Of a DNA stretch of 64,000 bases, positions 40,678 to 51,053 are shown one piece after another. Within the stretch, counting starts at the first letter, position 1; the number at the start of each line of letters is the position of its first letter. The position numbers were made by a program, and so were the translations under genes. Origin of the DNA: an uncultured delta proteobacterium (GTDB taxonomy: Bacteria; Desulfobacterota; Desulfuromonadia; Desulfuromonadales; BM103); NCBI GenBank assembly GCA_963715335.1, contig CAVQRZ010000029.1:1-64000 (forward strand), written 5' to 3'. The notes under the pieces are model-generated. The model did no database searches and was not told where the DNA came from. It saw nothing but the letters and a program-made list of their open reading frames with translations.

Positions 40678-41988
40678 ATGAAAACCGATCGTCCCGGCAT
40701 ATCCCCGCTGTTCCTCAGCCAGTTTGAAGTCGACGAGGCCGTTCCTTTCAAGCGCCACCTTAATCGCCTCGAAGTAGAGATCGGCAGAGAGGACTACAGC
40801 CATCTCAAACGGGTTGAGCTGCTCGACCACATGCCGGGTAGCGAGCATTTTACGGCCATGATCGAGATTACCGAACGCCTGTTGAAGTCGACCCAGAACA
40901 ATTACAACCGGCAGCTTCTCAAACGCCTGGATGCCCGCATTTACCTGGACACCGATCACTATGCCATCTATTACCGCCTGCCGGACCGTTGTCTGCGCTT
41001 TGTCGCCGCCTGGCGAGAGACGGTTTTACTAAAGTTTTTCTCCGCCGTACCAATTGCAGACTGCGGCTGGCGCCCGTGCGGGAAATCCTTGCCGGAATTC
41101 GAAGGCCGTTACCTGCCGGATGCGGCCGGCGGCGTCTTGCTCCTGCGCCACCTGCGGGACAATGTCCGGCAGCGCTTGCCGCTGGTCACCGCCAGTCATG
41201 GCCCCTACGATCCGCACACCCTGGAAGTCGCCCTCTACTTTCTGCGGGCCGGCAAGGGCGGCTCGGCACTTATCAATCTCGGCTTTGCCGGCCGCGAGCC
41301 TTTGACCGACGAAAACGTCAGGCAACTCGAATCATGGGGCATCCCGCTTAACCCGAGCAACATCGATGTTATCTACCCATACATCGACGAGCACGGCCAC
41401 CCCTACTGCTACAAACTTGAAGAAGGGCTGCCGCATTTCATCGCTGCACTGGGCATGGAACTGCCTGGACTGGTCATCGATGTCCACGGTTGCGTCGGCA
41501 CCTTCAGCGACGATCGGCGCGTCGTGGTCGGTCTTGGCGGTTTGCCCCCTTTCCTGAACCCGGACGCGGTCGGTTCTTTCCTCAAGGAAGCAGGCGTCCT
41601 GTTTTTACAGCCGAACAAGCTTCTGCGTGACGGGCTGGACCTGGTCCGCGAACTCTCCGACGAAATGTACGTGCAGTTCTGTGCCGGAGCTCACCTCTGC
41701 TATAACTTTGCCCTGCTTGGCCGCATGCAGCTGCTCGGTTTCCAGGTCAACCCAAAGACCGATATCGACAGCCTGCTCGACGGAGAGGAACGGGCCTTCC
41801 TGCCGAAAGAGAATCTGCGCTGGATTCCCGGTGCCGGAGCAAACGCCCTGCAGCGGATCGCCGTCAACAGGCTCAACCCGGAGTCCCGGTGCCTGCACGT
41901 CGAAATCCCCACGGCCGTGCGCCGCAAGATGGTGCTCAAACTGCGTTCTCTGGAGATCGAATCGTCGCTGGATGCCAGCGGATTGTAA
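40678..41988 (+). CDS. Hypothetical protein, possible Zn-hydrolase fold
   Basis: 436-aa ORF with GGAG RBS; SHGPYD, IDVHG, HVEIP. Confidence 0.8.
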   Translation: MKTDRPGISPLFLSQFEVDEAVPFKRHLNRLEVEIGREDYSHLKRVELLDHMPGSEHFTAMIEITERLLKSTQNNYNRQLLKRLDARIYLDTDHYAIYYRLPDRCLRFVAAWRETVLLKFFSAVPIADCGWRPCGKSLPEFEGRYLPDAAGGVLLLRHLRDNVRQRLPLVTASHGPYDPHTLEVALYFLRAGKGGSALINLGFAGREPLTDENVRQLESWGIPLNPSNIDVIYPYIDEHGHPYCYKLEEGLPHFIAALGMELPGLVIDVHGCVGTFSDDRRVVVGLGGLPPFLNPDAVGSFLKEAGVLFLQPNKLLRDGLDLVRELSDEMYVQFCAGAHLCYNFALLGRMQLLGFQVNPKTDIDSLLDGEERAFLPKENLRWIPGAGANALQRIAVNRLNPESRCLHVEIPTAVRRKMVLKLRSLEIESSLDASGL

Positions 41989-42020
41989 TTTTCGAGATTG
42001 GATGGATTTTGGATAAAATG

Positions 42021-42050
42021 ACAGGGCTGCCGATTGGCAGCCCTGTTTGT
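42021..42050. terminator. Hairpin terminator between convergent genes
   Basis: ACAGGGCTGCC-GATT-GGCAGCCCTGTTTGT. Confidence 0.75.
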
Positions 42051-42068
42051 TCTCTCGGCTTTGCCAGT

Positions 42069-42233
42069 TCAGTAGATCACGATGTAACCATGCTCCGTCG
42101 CGATCTTGGAAATTTCCAAAACGTCATTGATCTGGTAAGATTCGCCGTCGAGGACGAACGTGTACCCACCTTCAGGGTTCTCCTTGGCCAGCTCGATCAG
42201 CGCTTCAAAGCTGGCCGTCTTGATCATGGTCAT
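42069..42233 (-). CDS. 54-aa acidic hypothetical protein, absent from the ORF track
   Basis: GGAGG RBS at 7 nt; MTMIKTASFEALIELAKENPEGGYTFVLDGESYQINDVLEISKIATEHGYIVIY. Confidence 0.8.
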   Translation of the reverse strand: MTMIKTASFEALIELAKENPEGGYTFVLDGESYQINDVLEISKIATEHGYIVIY

Positions 42234-42250
42234 CCCTTTTCCTCCGTGAG

Positions 42251-43063
42251 CTAGAGCAGTGACATGACTTCTTCGTGCAGCTGACGATTGGCCGCAGCGA
42301 CGACAAAACCGCCGGCCACCGGGCTCTCGCCCCGGGCATTGGTCACCACGCCGCCGGCGGCCTCGATGATCGGTATCAGCGGCACGATGTCGTATGGTTT
42401 CAGGGTATCCTCTACCACCAGGTCAATCCGGCCGAGCGCCAGCATACAGTAGGCATAGCAGTCGCCGCCGAAACGCTGCAGGCGCGCCCTGGCGGCGATG
42501 CGGCGGAAGGCTGCGAGGTTGTGCTCATCGACAAACATGCTCTCGTGCGTGCAGTACAGGATGGCTTCCTTGAGATGCGCCGTCGGCCGGGTCTGCAGCG
42601 CGACGGTCCTGCCGTGTTGCCGCAAAACACCCCCGGCCGCGCTGCCGGAAAAAAGTTCCCCGGTCGCCGGCTGGTACATCAGCCCGGCCAGGGCCCGATC
42701 GCCCTGCTGCAGACCGAGCAGGATTCCCCAGGTCGGGAAGCCGCTGATAAACGACTTGGTGCCGTCGATCGGATCGATCAACCAGTTGACATTCGAGCTG
42801 CCGGGCATGACGCCCTCTTCTTCGCCGATGATCCCGAACTCCGGGAACCGGCGGCCAAGCTCTTCCCGCAGGAACGCCTCCACAGCACGATCGGCAGCGG
42901 TCACCGGGTCGAAGCCGCTTTCACCGAGCTTGTTGTCCACCTCGATGGGCTGGCGGAAATAGCGCAGGGCGATGTTCCCTGCTCCCGGCATAACCTGCTG
43001 GGCGAACAGCAACGCCCGGGCTATTTCGTCGGGCGTCAAATTGGCCTGCTTGTCTTTGTCCAT
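42251..43063 (-). CDS. hisN: Inositol monophosphatase family, histidinol-phosphatase HisN-like
   Basis: DPVTAADR, GEE, IDPIDGTKSF, GGDCYAY, LKPYD..LIPIIEAAGG. Confidence 0.8.
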   Translation of the reverse strand: MDKDKQANLTPDEIARALLFAQQVMPGAGNIALRYFRQPIEVDNKLGESGFDPVTAADRAVEAFLREELGRRFPEFGIIGEEEGVMPGSSNVNWLIDPIDGTKSFISGFPTWGILLGLQQGDRALAGLMYQPATGELFSGSAAGGVLRQHGRTVALQTRPTAHLKEAILYCTHESMFVDEHNLAAFRRIAARARLQRFGGDCYAYCMLALGRIDLVVEDTLKPYDIVPLIPIIEAAGGVVTNARGESPVAGGFVVAAANRQLHEEVMSLL

Positions 43064-43393
43064 AGGGGCGCAATCTCACAATGGTATGTTCTGCTTCGAG
43101 GCATTCTACAGGAAAGCGGATCGTTCTTCAAAAGAAACCGCATCGGCCCGGTTAACCATCGATGACCACGGATCGGCACAGATAAACCATAAAAACCGGC
43201 AAGGGTTAAAAACATGGCGCGGTGATAGCCCTGTATCGATTTTCTTGGAAGATTCCCCTTGATACGGACAAGCAACAGTCCCGCTCTCTGCCTGCCAAAG
43301 CCTCGCGAGAATCATCCATACGTGTATAATTACGGAAGAACCCTGCTGACCCCTTGGCTTGTCAAACAAGATATTTCCCTCAGGAGCCTGACC

Positions 43394-45736
43394 ATGCTGC
43401 CCGACCACCTGATTCTGTATTTTTTGCTCGCGGCCGTGGTTATCCTGCTTGTTACCGAGTGGATCCCCCTTGAGGCGACAGCCTTGCTGACCATGGGCGT
43501 TCTCGGAGTCACCGGCCTGGTGTCCGCCCAGGAGGCACTGGCAGGGTTCAGTAGCCCGGCGGTCATCACCATCTGGGCGGTTTTTATTCTCAGCGGTGCA
43601 TTAGACCGGACTGGAGTGGCAGACCTTATCGGCCGTGGTCTCCAGCGCATGGCCGGCCGGACCGAGATCGGCCTGACAACCGTTCTGATGCTGGGAGCCG
43701 GACTGATGTCGGCGGTGATGAACAATGTCGCTGTTGCCGCGCTGCTGCTGCCGGTAACCATGGACCTGGCCCGGGCCAACCACATCCCGCCTTCTCGCCT
43801 GCTGATGCCCCTCGCCTACGGTTCGCTGCTCGGGGGGCTCACGACGATGATCGGCACGCCGCCCAACATTCTTGTCAGCAACGCCCTCGGAGAGGCTGGC
43901 CTGAAAGCCTTCGGTCTGTTTGATTTCACTCCCATAGGGGGGGTGATCCTGCTGGCCGGGACCGCCTTCATGGTCTTTGCAGGCAGGCTGCTGCTGCCAC
44001 GGCGTGATGTTGCCTCGGTAGCGGGCCGCTCTGCAGAAGCCTTGCCGGGTCAGTATCAGCTGCAGGAGCGGACCTTCACCCTGACCCTGCCGGCAGGGAA
44101 TAACCTGGTCGGCATGACCCTCGCCAACAGCCGGCTCGGCACGGCAACCGGCCTTTATGTTGTCGCGGTTATCCGCGGGGCACAGACCATCGTCGCGCCT
44201 TCTGCCGACTTCGCCCTCCAGGCTCGCGACAAGCTCTTCGTTCAAGGCCGCCTGGAGAGATTCTACGACATCCAGGCGCTGGTCAACCTGATTGTTGCTG
44301 AAGAAACCTTCGACCTGAAGTGGTTTGCCGACAAAAACCTGGCCCTGGCGGAAACTTTTCTGCCCGCCGACTCCACGCTGGTCGGTCGCCCTCTTGCAGA
44401 AGCCATGGCGGATGACGCTCGCGACATACAGATCCTTGCCTTGCGTCGCGGAGAAGAGTTGCACTTCGCGCCGGGCGCGGACACCAGTCTGCAAACTGGT
44501 GATCATTTCCTGCTTTACGGCAAATCCGAGGCCATCACCAGCTTACAGACAGATCCCGACCGATACAGTTTGAGCGAAGCACAAGAGGTCAGTCATCTGC
44601 AGGCAGAGTACCGTCTCAACGAACGGCTGCTCAGCCTGCACCTGGTTGAGGATACCGATCTGACAGATATCTCCCTCGAAATCCCGCGACTGGAGGAGCT
44701 GCTCGGCCTGAAGATTCTCTCTGTCCACCGGCCGAAAGAACTCAACGATACCGAATTGACCGTCGGCGACCAGGTGCTCGCCATCGATGTCGGCCGTTCG
44801 CTACCCGGGCTCTACGGACTGGCCGACCTGCTGATCGACACAGACGCCGCGCCTACCGACCTGCTCAACTCCGGGCAGGTTGGGCTAGCCGAGGCAGTGC
44901 TTGCGCCGCGCTCAGGTCTGAGCGGCAAGACCCTGCGGCAATTGAAGTTCCGTGACAGGTACGGGGTCGGGATTCTCGCTATCTGGCGATCCGGTCGGGC
45001 CTACCGGACGCTGCTCCGTGATTTTGAACTCCAGTTCGGTGATGCCCTGCTGCTCTTCGGCCCTCTCGACCGGCTTCGGGCCCTGGCCGGGCATCCCGAC
45101 CTGATTGTGCTCAGCGGCTCGCTTCAGGAGCCCCGCAGAACCGAAAAAGCCCGCCTGGCCAGCCTGGTGATGGCGCTCACCCTGATCCCGGTGCTGTTCA
45201 GCCTGGTCCCGATCCAGCTGGCCGTTGTCATCGGCTCCGCGGCGATGGTTGTGACGCGCTGCCTCTCCATGGAGGAGGCATATCGTGCCATCGAATGGCG
45301 CGCGGTGTTCCTGATTGCCGGTCTGCTGCCGCTCGGCTCGGCCCTTGAACGGAGCGGCATTGCCGCCGAGGTGGCATTGAAAGTAGTAGAGCTGGGCAGC
45401 GGGTACGGGCCGATGGCCTTGCTGGCCGGGCTGGTGCTTTTGACCTTCGCCGCCACGTGCATAATCCCGACTGCGGCCCTGGTCTTGCTGATGGCGCCGA
45501 TTGCGCTGAGTACGGCAAACGCTGCCGGGCTGTCCCCCCATTCACTGCTGATGGCCATTGCCATAGCCTCGTCCGCCAGTTTTCTTACGCCTATCGCCCA
45601 CCCGGCCAACATTCTGGTCATGGGGCCCGGCGGTTACCGTTTTCGCGACTACATCATCGTCGGCTTTCCGTTGACCCTGGTCGTTTTTGTCATCATTATG
45701 GTTTTGGTTCCATTGGTTTGGCCATTGCACCCTTAG
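43394..45736 (+). CDS. SLC13/CitMHS-type permease with multiple TrkA-C domains
   Basis: SAVMNN, LLMPL..GG..TMIGTPPN, FLTPIAHPANILVMGPGGY. Confidence 0.9.
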   Translation: MLPDHLILYFLLAAVVILLVTEWIPLEATALLTMGVLGVTGLVSAQEALAGFSSPAVITIWAVFILSGALDRTGVADLIGRGLQRMAGRTEIGLTTVLMLGAGLMSAVMNNVAVAALLLPVTMDLARANHIPPSRLLMPLAYGSLLGGLTTMIGTPPNILVSNALGEAGLKAFGLFDFTPIGGVILLAGTAFMVFAGRLLLPRRDVASVAGRSAEALPGQYQLQERTFTLTLPAGNNLVGMTLANSRLGTATGLYVVAVIRGAQTIVAPSADFALQARDKLFVQGRLERFYDIQALVNLIVAEETFDLKWFADKNLALAETFLPADSTLVGRPLAEAMADDARDIQILALRRGEELHFAPGADTSLQTGDHFLLYGKSEAITSLQTDPDRYSLSEAQEVSHLQAEYRLNERLLSLHLVEDTDLTDISLEIPRLEELLGLKILSVHRPKELNDTELTVGDQVLAIDVGRSLPGLYGLADLLIDTDAAPTDLLNSGQVGLAEAVLAPRSGLSGKTLRQLKFRDRYGVGILAIWRSGRAYRTLLRDFELQFGDALLLFGPLDRLRALAGHPDLIVLSGSLQEPRRTEKARLASLVMALTLIPVLFSLVPIQLAVVIGSAAMVVTRCLSMEEAYRAIEWRAVFLIAGLLPLGSALERSGIAAEVALKVVELGSGYGPMALLAGLVLLTFAATCIIPTAALVLLMAPIALSTANAAGLSPHSLLMAIAIASSASFLTPIAHPANILVMGPGGYRFRDYIIVGFPLTLVVFVIIMVLVPLVWPLHP

Positions 45737-45884
45737 GGGAATGTTTATGTCGTAGAGCCGAACCGCGGCAAACAGCCGCGAGCCGTTTACCGAGCGGATC
45801 AATTTGGCTTTCGACCGTTTTGTGGCAGATTTGTAACAAGCCTCCAGAGCATCGGGGCCAGCCTTTTACATCACGGAGTCCCTG

Positions 45885-47726
45885 ATGGACAGTCTTATGC
45901 TTCCCCCTAACCCACATGCCGCGGCAGTGCTTGCCCTTGCAATTTTCGCCTTGCTGCTGTTTACCCGGAAGAACCTTCCGCTGGAAACGGCAAGCTTTAT
46001 CATCCTGATTTCGCTGGCCGTGGGATTTCAGCTTTTTCCGTTTCAAGTCGATGGGAAAATTCTGCATCCTGACATTTTTTTTCACGGTTTCGGCCACGAA
46101 GCGCTGGTGGCGGTTTGTGCCCTGATGATTGCCGGCCAGGGCGTCGTCCGTACCGGAGCCCTGGAGCCGGTGGGTCGAGGGCTCGCCCGCCTGTGGAAAA
46201 TCAGTCCGGGCGCTTCTTTGTTGCTCACCCTGTTGGTCGCTGCTTTCATCAGCGCCTTTATCAACAACGTTCCCGTCGTTGTCTTGCTCTTGCCGATTCT
46301 GATCAGCGTCTCCATCCGGACCAAGACCAGGGCTTCTTCGGTGCTCATGCCGATGGGCTTTGCGACCCTGCTGGGCGGCACCTGCACCACCATAGGCACC
46401 TCTACCAACCTCCTGGTGGTCTCCGTTGCCGCAGATATGGGTCTAAGAAAAATGGGGATGTTTGACTTTCTTCTCCCGGCCTTGATCGCCGGGGGAATCG
46501 GCATCGCCTACCTCTGGCTGATTGTCCCACGGATCATACCGGAACGGAAACTGACCCTGGCAGACACCTCGCCAAGGGTTTTTACCGCACACCTGGCGCT
46601 CCGTGATGAAAGTTCAATCATCGGAAAAACTCTTGCAGAGGCCATCAAGAAAGTTGACGGAGCGATTAAGATACAGGGGGTCACGCGCGACACGGGCAGT
46701 CTCACCATGCCGCTGCCCAGCGTGGTCCTGAGGGCCGGGGATCAACTTATTATCCGCGACACCCCGGAGCGGCTGAAAGAGCTCGAAGACGTGCTGGGAG
46801 GGACTCTTTACCAGGATGAGAACCTGGGCAGCCCGGTGGATGAAGAGCACCCGCTCAAGGCAGAAGATCAGCAGATCGCCGAAATTGCGGTCATTCATGG
46901 CTCACATTTACGGGGAAAAACCTTCAGTGAAGTCCGTTTTGCCGACCGTTACGGGATTATCATTCTGGCCATTCACAGAGCAGGCAAGCGACTGCAGAAG
47001 GGGTTCGACTCGATCAGCAACATCCGCCTGCAGTCAGGCGACGTTCTGCTGGTCCAGGGTCCGCGCGAACAGATCACCGACCTGAAAAAAGAAAAGGACC
47101 TCCTGGTCCTGGACGCCACGATGGATCTCCCCTACACGAAGAAAGCGCCCCTGGCGATGATGATCATGCTGGCGATCATTTTCTCGGCGGCCTTCGGCTG
47201 GCTGCCGATTGCGATCAGCGCATCGTGCGGCGCTCTGGTCATGATTATCTGCGGTTGCCTGAGTTGGAACGATGCGACCAAAGCTTTAAGTACCCAGGTC
47301 ATCATGATCGTTGTGGCGAGTTTGGCACTGGGCTCGGCACTCCTGCAAACAGGGGGGGCTGATTACCTGGCACAATTGTTTCTCAGCCTTTCGGGAGACG
47401 CATCACCCACCGTCATGCTCAGCGGTCTGATGCTGCTGATGGCGGTTCTCACCAACGCCGTCTCCAATAATGCCACAGCCGTTATGGGCACCCCCATTGC
47501 CATATCAATTGCGGCCCAGATGGGACAACCGGCTGAGCCCTTTGTGCTGGCAGTGCTTTTCGGTGCCAACATGAGCTTTGCCACGCCGATGGCCTATAAG
47601 ACGAATCTTCTCGTCATGAATGCCGGTGAATATACCTTTAGCGATTTTCTGCGAGTCGGCATCCCATTGGTACTGATTCTCTGGGGCACCTTGTCCTGGC
47701 TGTTGCCAACCCTGTACGGGTTTTAA
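45885..47726 (+). CDS. SLC13-type permease with two TrkA-C domains
   Basis: SAFINN, TTIGTSTNL, SNNATA, FATPMAYKTN. Confidence 0.9.
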   Translation: MDSLMLPPNPHAAAVLALAIFALLLFTRKNLPLETASFIILISLAVGFQLFPFQVDGKILHPDIFFHGFGHEALVAVCALMIAGQGVVRTGALEPVGRGLARLWKISPGASLLLTLLVAAFISAFINNVPVVVLLLPILISVSIRTKTRASSVLMPMGFATLLGGTCTTIGTSTNLLVVSVAADMGLRKMGMFDFLLPALIAGGIGIAYLWLIVPRIIPERKLTLADTSPRVFTAHLALRDESSIIGKTLAEAIKKVDGAIKIQGVTRDTGSLTMPLPSVVLRAGDQLIIRDTPERLKELEDVLGGTLYQDENLGSPVDEEHPLKAEDQQIAEIAVIHGSHLRGKTFSEVRFADRYGIIILAIHRAGKRLQKGFDSISNIRLQSGDVLLVQGPREQITDLKKEKDLLVLDATMDLPYTKKAPLAMMIMLAIIFSAAFGWLPIAISASCGALVMIICGCLSWNDATKALSTQVIMIVVASLALGSALLQTGGADYLAQLFLSLSGDASPTVMLSGLMLLMAVLTNAVSNNATAVMGTPIAISIAAQMGQPAEPFVLAVLFGANMSFATPMAYKTNLLVMNAGEYTFSDFLRVGIPLVLILWGTLSWLLPTLYGF

Positions 47727-47827
47727 CGATCGCGGCCCTACCGTCTCAACCCCCCCGGGATTGTGGGGCGTGGGAGAGGCATTCAGGCGTTATCAATATC
47801 GTCATATTTGGCAGAAAGCATATAAAT

Positions 47828-48061
47828 ATGTCCGTTCCTCGCAAGCTAGACCACCCTTTTACAAATCTGCTATATGGCATTTTATTCATTCTGTTCGGCT
47901 TGTTTGCGCTGCTGCTGGCGTTGACTATGTGGAGGTCTATTGATAACTGGCTACTGCTGACGATCACACTTGTTTCTTTCGCTGTTCCTGCGTTTGCAGC
48001 TTTTTTCCTGGGGGTCAGGCGGCTGGTTCAGTTCGTAAAGTGTTATTCGTCAGCTCGGTAG
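47828..48061 (+). CDS. Small hypothetical membrane protein (2 TM, low GC)
   Basis: 77-aa ORF with two hydrophobic segments. Confidence 0.5.
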   Translation: MSVPRKLDHPFTNLLYGILFILFGLFALLLALTMWRSIDNWLLLTITLVSFAVPAFAAFFLGVRRLVQFVKCYSSAR

Positions 48062-48176
48062 ACAGAGACGGCAAGGGTCTCATTCACCAGGCAATTCAGG
48101 ACAACGCCATGGCCTGCCTATCTGAACTGAGGGCTTGCGCAGATAAAAGGCGAAAAGCATAAAAATGACGCATAAC

Positions 48177-48204
48177 AAAAGCCCCCGGGCGAACCGGGGG
48201 CTTT
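48177..48204. terminator. Bidirectional terminator hairpin
   Basis: AAAAGCCCCCGG-GCGAA-CCGGGGGCTTT. Confidence 0.8.
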
Positions 48205-48371
48205 ATGGAGGTCGTTTATGAAGAAGATTTATATTCATAAACTGGTTTATCGTAACATATTGATTCTCATTTTTTTCTCATACGTCTTTTGACCTAACAA
48301 ATGCTCGTCAGACAAGCATTTCCAATGCTGTACCGTTTAACCGAAACGACTGGTTCTCGGAAGACCGGGCG

Positions 48372-49202
48372 CTACTGCCTCGCCAGGCGAAGGTTTTCCA
48401 CTTCGAACTCGAAGTTGCTGCGGTAAGGGTTGATATCGAGTCCGCCGCGCCGGGTGTAGCGGGCATAGACGGTAAGCTTCTCAGGCTGGCAGAAACGCAT
48501 CAGGTCGCAGTAGATGCGCTCGACGCACTGCTCGTGAAACTCGTTGTGCTGGCGGAAGGAGACCAGGTAACGCAGCAGGGCCTCCCGGTCTATTTTACCC
48601 CCCTGGTAACGAATCAGCACGCTGCCCCAGTCCGGCTGGTCGGTCACCAGGCAGTTGCTCTTCAACAGGTGGCTGTGCAGGGTTTCGCTGACCGGTTGCC
48701 GTGGCTCCGCAGCCCCCTCGAGCAGCCCGGCTTCCAGGACGTAGCTTTCGATCGCAAGATCAAGGTCATCGAGGCACTCTCCCGGCAGAAGAGAAAATTC
48801 TTCACCGGCAAACGCCCCGGCATCGAGCAGTCGCACGGCCACCGGCCACTTGGCCGCCTCGGCCAGGTCCCGGCTGAGCAGGGCGCGCACCGTCTCGAAG
48901 TCGTCGAAACGGGTCTGGTTGAAAGAGTTGAGGTAGAGCTTGAATGATTTCGATTCGATCAGGAAAGGCGATTCGCAGGGGACCCGGAACTCGCCCATAG
49001 CCACCACCGGCTTGCCCCTGGCCGTCAGCCACGACATCTCGTAAGCGTTCCAGATATCGACACCGCGAAAGGGCAGCGCGGCGGGCAGGCCGATCTCGTC
49101 GCGTTTGAGCTTGCGCGGCACCGGACAGAGCAGGCCGGGGTCGTACTCCGATTTGTAACGGGTGGCCTTGCCAAGCGGCAATCGATCTGTGAAGTCATTC
49201 AT
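48372..49202 (-). CDS. queF: NADPH-dependent 7-cyano-7-deazaguanine reductase (bimodular)
   Basis: [53 protein letters not shown]. Confidence 0.96.
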   Translation of the reverse strand: MNDFTDRLPLGKATRYKSEYDPGLLCPVPRKLKRDEIGLPAALPFRGVDIWNAYEMSWLTARGKPVVAMGEFRVPCESPFLIESKSFKLYLNSFNQTRFDDFETVRALLSRDLAEAAKWPVAVRLLDAGAFAGEEFSLLPGECLDDLDLAIESYVLEAGLLEGAAEPRQPVSETLHSHLLKSNCLVTDQPDWGSVLIRYQGGKIDREALLRYLVSFRQHNEFHEQCVERIYCDLMRFCQPEKLTVYARYTRRGGLDINPYRSNFEFEVENLRLARQ

Positions 49203-49303
49203 GGTCTCTTTACTTTGCCAGAACAGGCGATGATTTCAACTGAAAATAAAACGGACACGCTTTATTGCCGTAGAGCATTGGAGCTTTAAGGCTAGAAGGT
49301 TCA

Positions 49304-50170
49304 CTAGTCAGCCCCTGAAACAGGCTCTTCAGACGAAAGGTTTCCCCTGACCGGCAAACCTTCCTGCAGATCCTCACCGAGAGGTATTGCGGCATCAATC
49401 CGATAGCCATGGGCAGCGATCAGCCCCTGTAATTCCCTGACCCGGTCATCGGGATGCGGGTGCGACGCCAGCAGGTAGGGGACCCGACTCCCGGCATCTT
49501 TGCCGACCCTGGCGAAGAAATCAGTGGCACCTCCGGCATGGCCGTAACTGGCCACCAGCAATTCGAGGCCAAAACGGTCGGCTGCCGACTCCTGCTCCCG
49601 GGAGTAGTGGCTGTCACCGACCAGGAAAAGTTTGCTCGCCAGGGCACTGGCCGCGCTGTCCTCTCCGAACAGCATGATCGCCGCAACGGTCACGCCGAGC
49701 CCGCGGCCCAGGCGATGCAGATGGTCGCGATGAGCAAAGTGTCCGAGTTCATGGGCCAGCACCATCGCCACCTCGTTCTCCGACTCGGCCTGCTCGAGGA
49801 GTGCGGAGAAGACCATGATGCGCCCGCCCGGCAGGGCCAGGGCATTGATCTGCTCGCTCTCCACCAGCTGCGCTGAAAAGTTGTATGCGTGCAGGGGAGA
49901 ATCAGACGGAAGATTGTCGAGCAAACGCTGGAGAAACCTCTGCAGCGGCTCGTTTTCGTGGGCATCCAGGCCATCGATGAAATATTCACCGAGCCAGACT
50001 TCCGCACTGACCGGGATTTTTGCCACGGCGATATCGGTGCTCACACCGAGCACCAGGTAGAGCATCATGACCAGCAGCAACAGGCCGCCGACCAGCCAGC
50101 CGAGTTCCGCCAGCGGATGGGTTTTCGAGACGTTGACGTTGCCTTCGATATGCTTCGGAGTGAATTTCAC
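49304..50170 (-). CDS. M48 family metallopeptidase
   Basis: NALALPGG, HELGH, YSREQESAAD, SHP..DR. Confidence 0.92.
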   Translation of the reverse strand: MKFTPKHIEGNVNVSKTHPLAELGWLVGGLLLLVMMLYLVLGVSTDIAVAKIPVSAEVWLGEYFIDGLDAHENEPLQRFLQRLLDNLPSDSPLHAYNFSAQLVESEQINALALPGGRIMVFSALLEQAESENEVAMVLAHELGHFAHRDHLHRLGRGLGVTVAAIMLFGEDSAASALASKLFLVGDSHYSREQESAADRFGLELLVASYGHAGGATDFFARVGKDAGSRVPYLLASHPHPDDRVRELQGLIAAHGYRIDAAIPLGEDLQEGLPVRGNLSSEEPVSGAD

Positions 50171-50646
50171 GGTCGGTTCAGGACCACTGCGGTGCCGTAG
50201 GCAAGGGTTTCAATGCTGCCGATACTGTTCTTCTTGTTTGCCGAACGACCGATCGTCGAGGTCTCCAGGCGCAGGTTGACGATCATGTGCGCCCCCTTGG
50301 CCAGGGCCTCTTCTTTCATGCGCAGGATTGCTTCCCGGCGGGCGCGATCGATCAGCGACTCATAGGCCTTGACCCGGCCACCGAATATATTACGCAGAAT
50401 TGCCAGCAGCCGTTTAAAGTAGTCGTTGGACACCACCATGCTGCCGTTAACCAGGAAGGCCGCCCTGACGGCACCCTCGGCGAAGCGCCCATCGGCATTG
50501 ACGACCATCAGTTTGACCAGCTCTCTTTCACGTCTGATGATCGATTTGTAGTGGCGCTTTTCAGCGATGGTGCCGCAGCTATAGCCGACCACCATCAACA
50601 CCAGGAAGAGGGAAAGATCCGGATAGCTGAGAATCATCTCCAGCAT
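50167..50646 (-). CDS. YbjQ-like (UPF0145) protein with N-terminal TM
   Basis: IFGGRVKAYE..ARREAILRM..YGTAV. Confidence 0.88.
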   Translation of the reverse strand: MLEMILSYPDLSLFLVLMVVGYSCGTIAEKRHYKSIIRRERELVKLMVVNADGRFAEGAVRAAFLVNGSMVVSNDYFKRLLAILRNIFGGRVKAYESLIDRARREAILRMKEEALAKGAHMIVNLRLETSTIGRSANKKNSIGSIETLAYGTAVVLNRP

Positions 50647-50655
50647 GGTCGGCGC

Positions 50656-50970
50656 CTATTCGACCCGCACCGCAGTGCCGTAGGCAAACAGTTCGGCCGC
50701 GCCCTGGGCCACCGAGGAGGTGGCAAAGCGGATATTGATCACCGCATTGGCGCCAAGCTGCCTGGCCTGCTCGGTCATCCGGTCCATCGCCTCCTGCCGC
50801 GATTCCTGAAGCAGCTCGGTGTAACCTTTCAACTCGCCGCCGACCAGGTTCTTCAACCCGGCCATCATGTCACGGCCAAGATGCTTGGCACGTACCGTAC
50901 TCCCCTGGACAATGCCGAAATGTTCCACAATCTTCTTGCCGGGCACGCTGCCGACGTTGGTGAGAATCAT
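50656..50970 (-). CDS. YbjQ family (UPF0145) protein
   Basis: GRDMMAGLKNLVGGELKGY..GANAV..AYGTAV. Confidence 0.92.
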   Translation of the reverse strand: MILTNVGSVPGKKIVEHFGIVQGSTVRAKHLGRDMMAGLKNLVGGELKGYTELLQESRQEAMDRMTEQARQLGANAVINIRFATSSVAQGAAELFAYGTAVRVE

Positions 50971-51053
50971 AAAAACTCCCTGAAAACAAGCTGTAAGCCT
51001 AAACCGTCAGCCTGAAAAGTCTGACTTGACTCGCAGCGCAAGGTTGACCGCCC

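Noticed and set aside
49203..49303. preQ1 riboswitch upstream of queF
   Set aside because: I could not see the preQ1 stem-loop and A-rich tail pattern on the minus strand.
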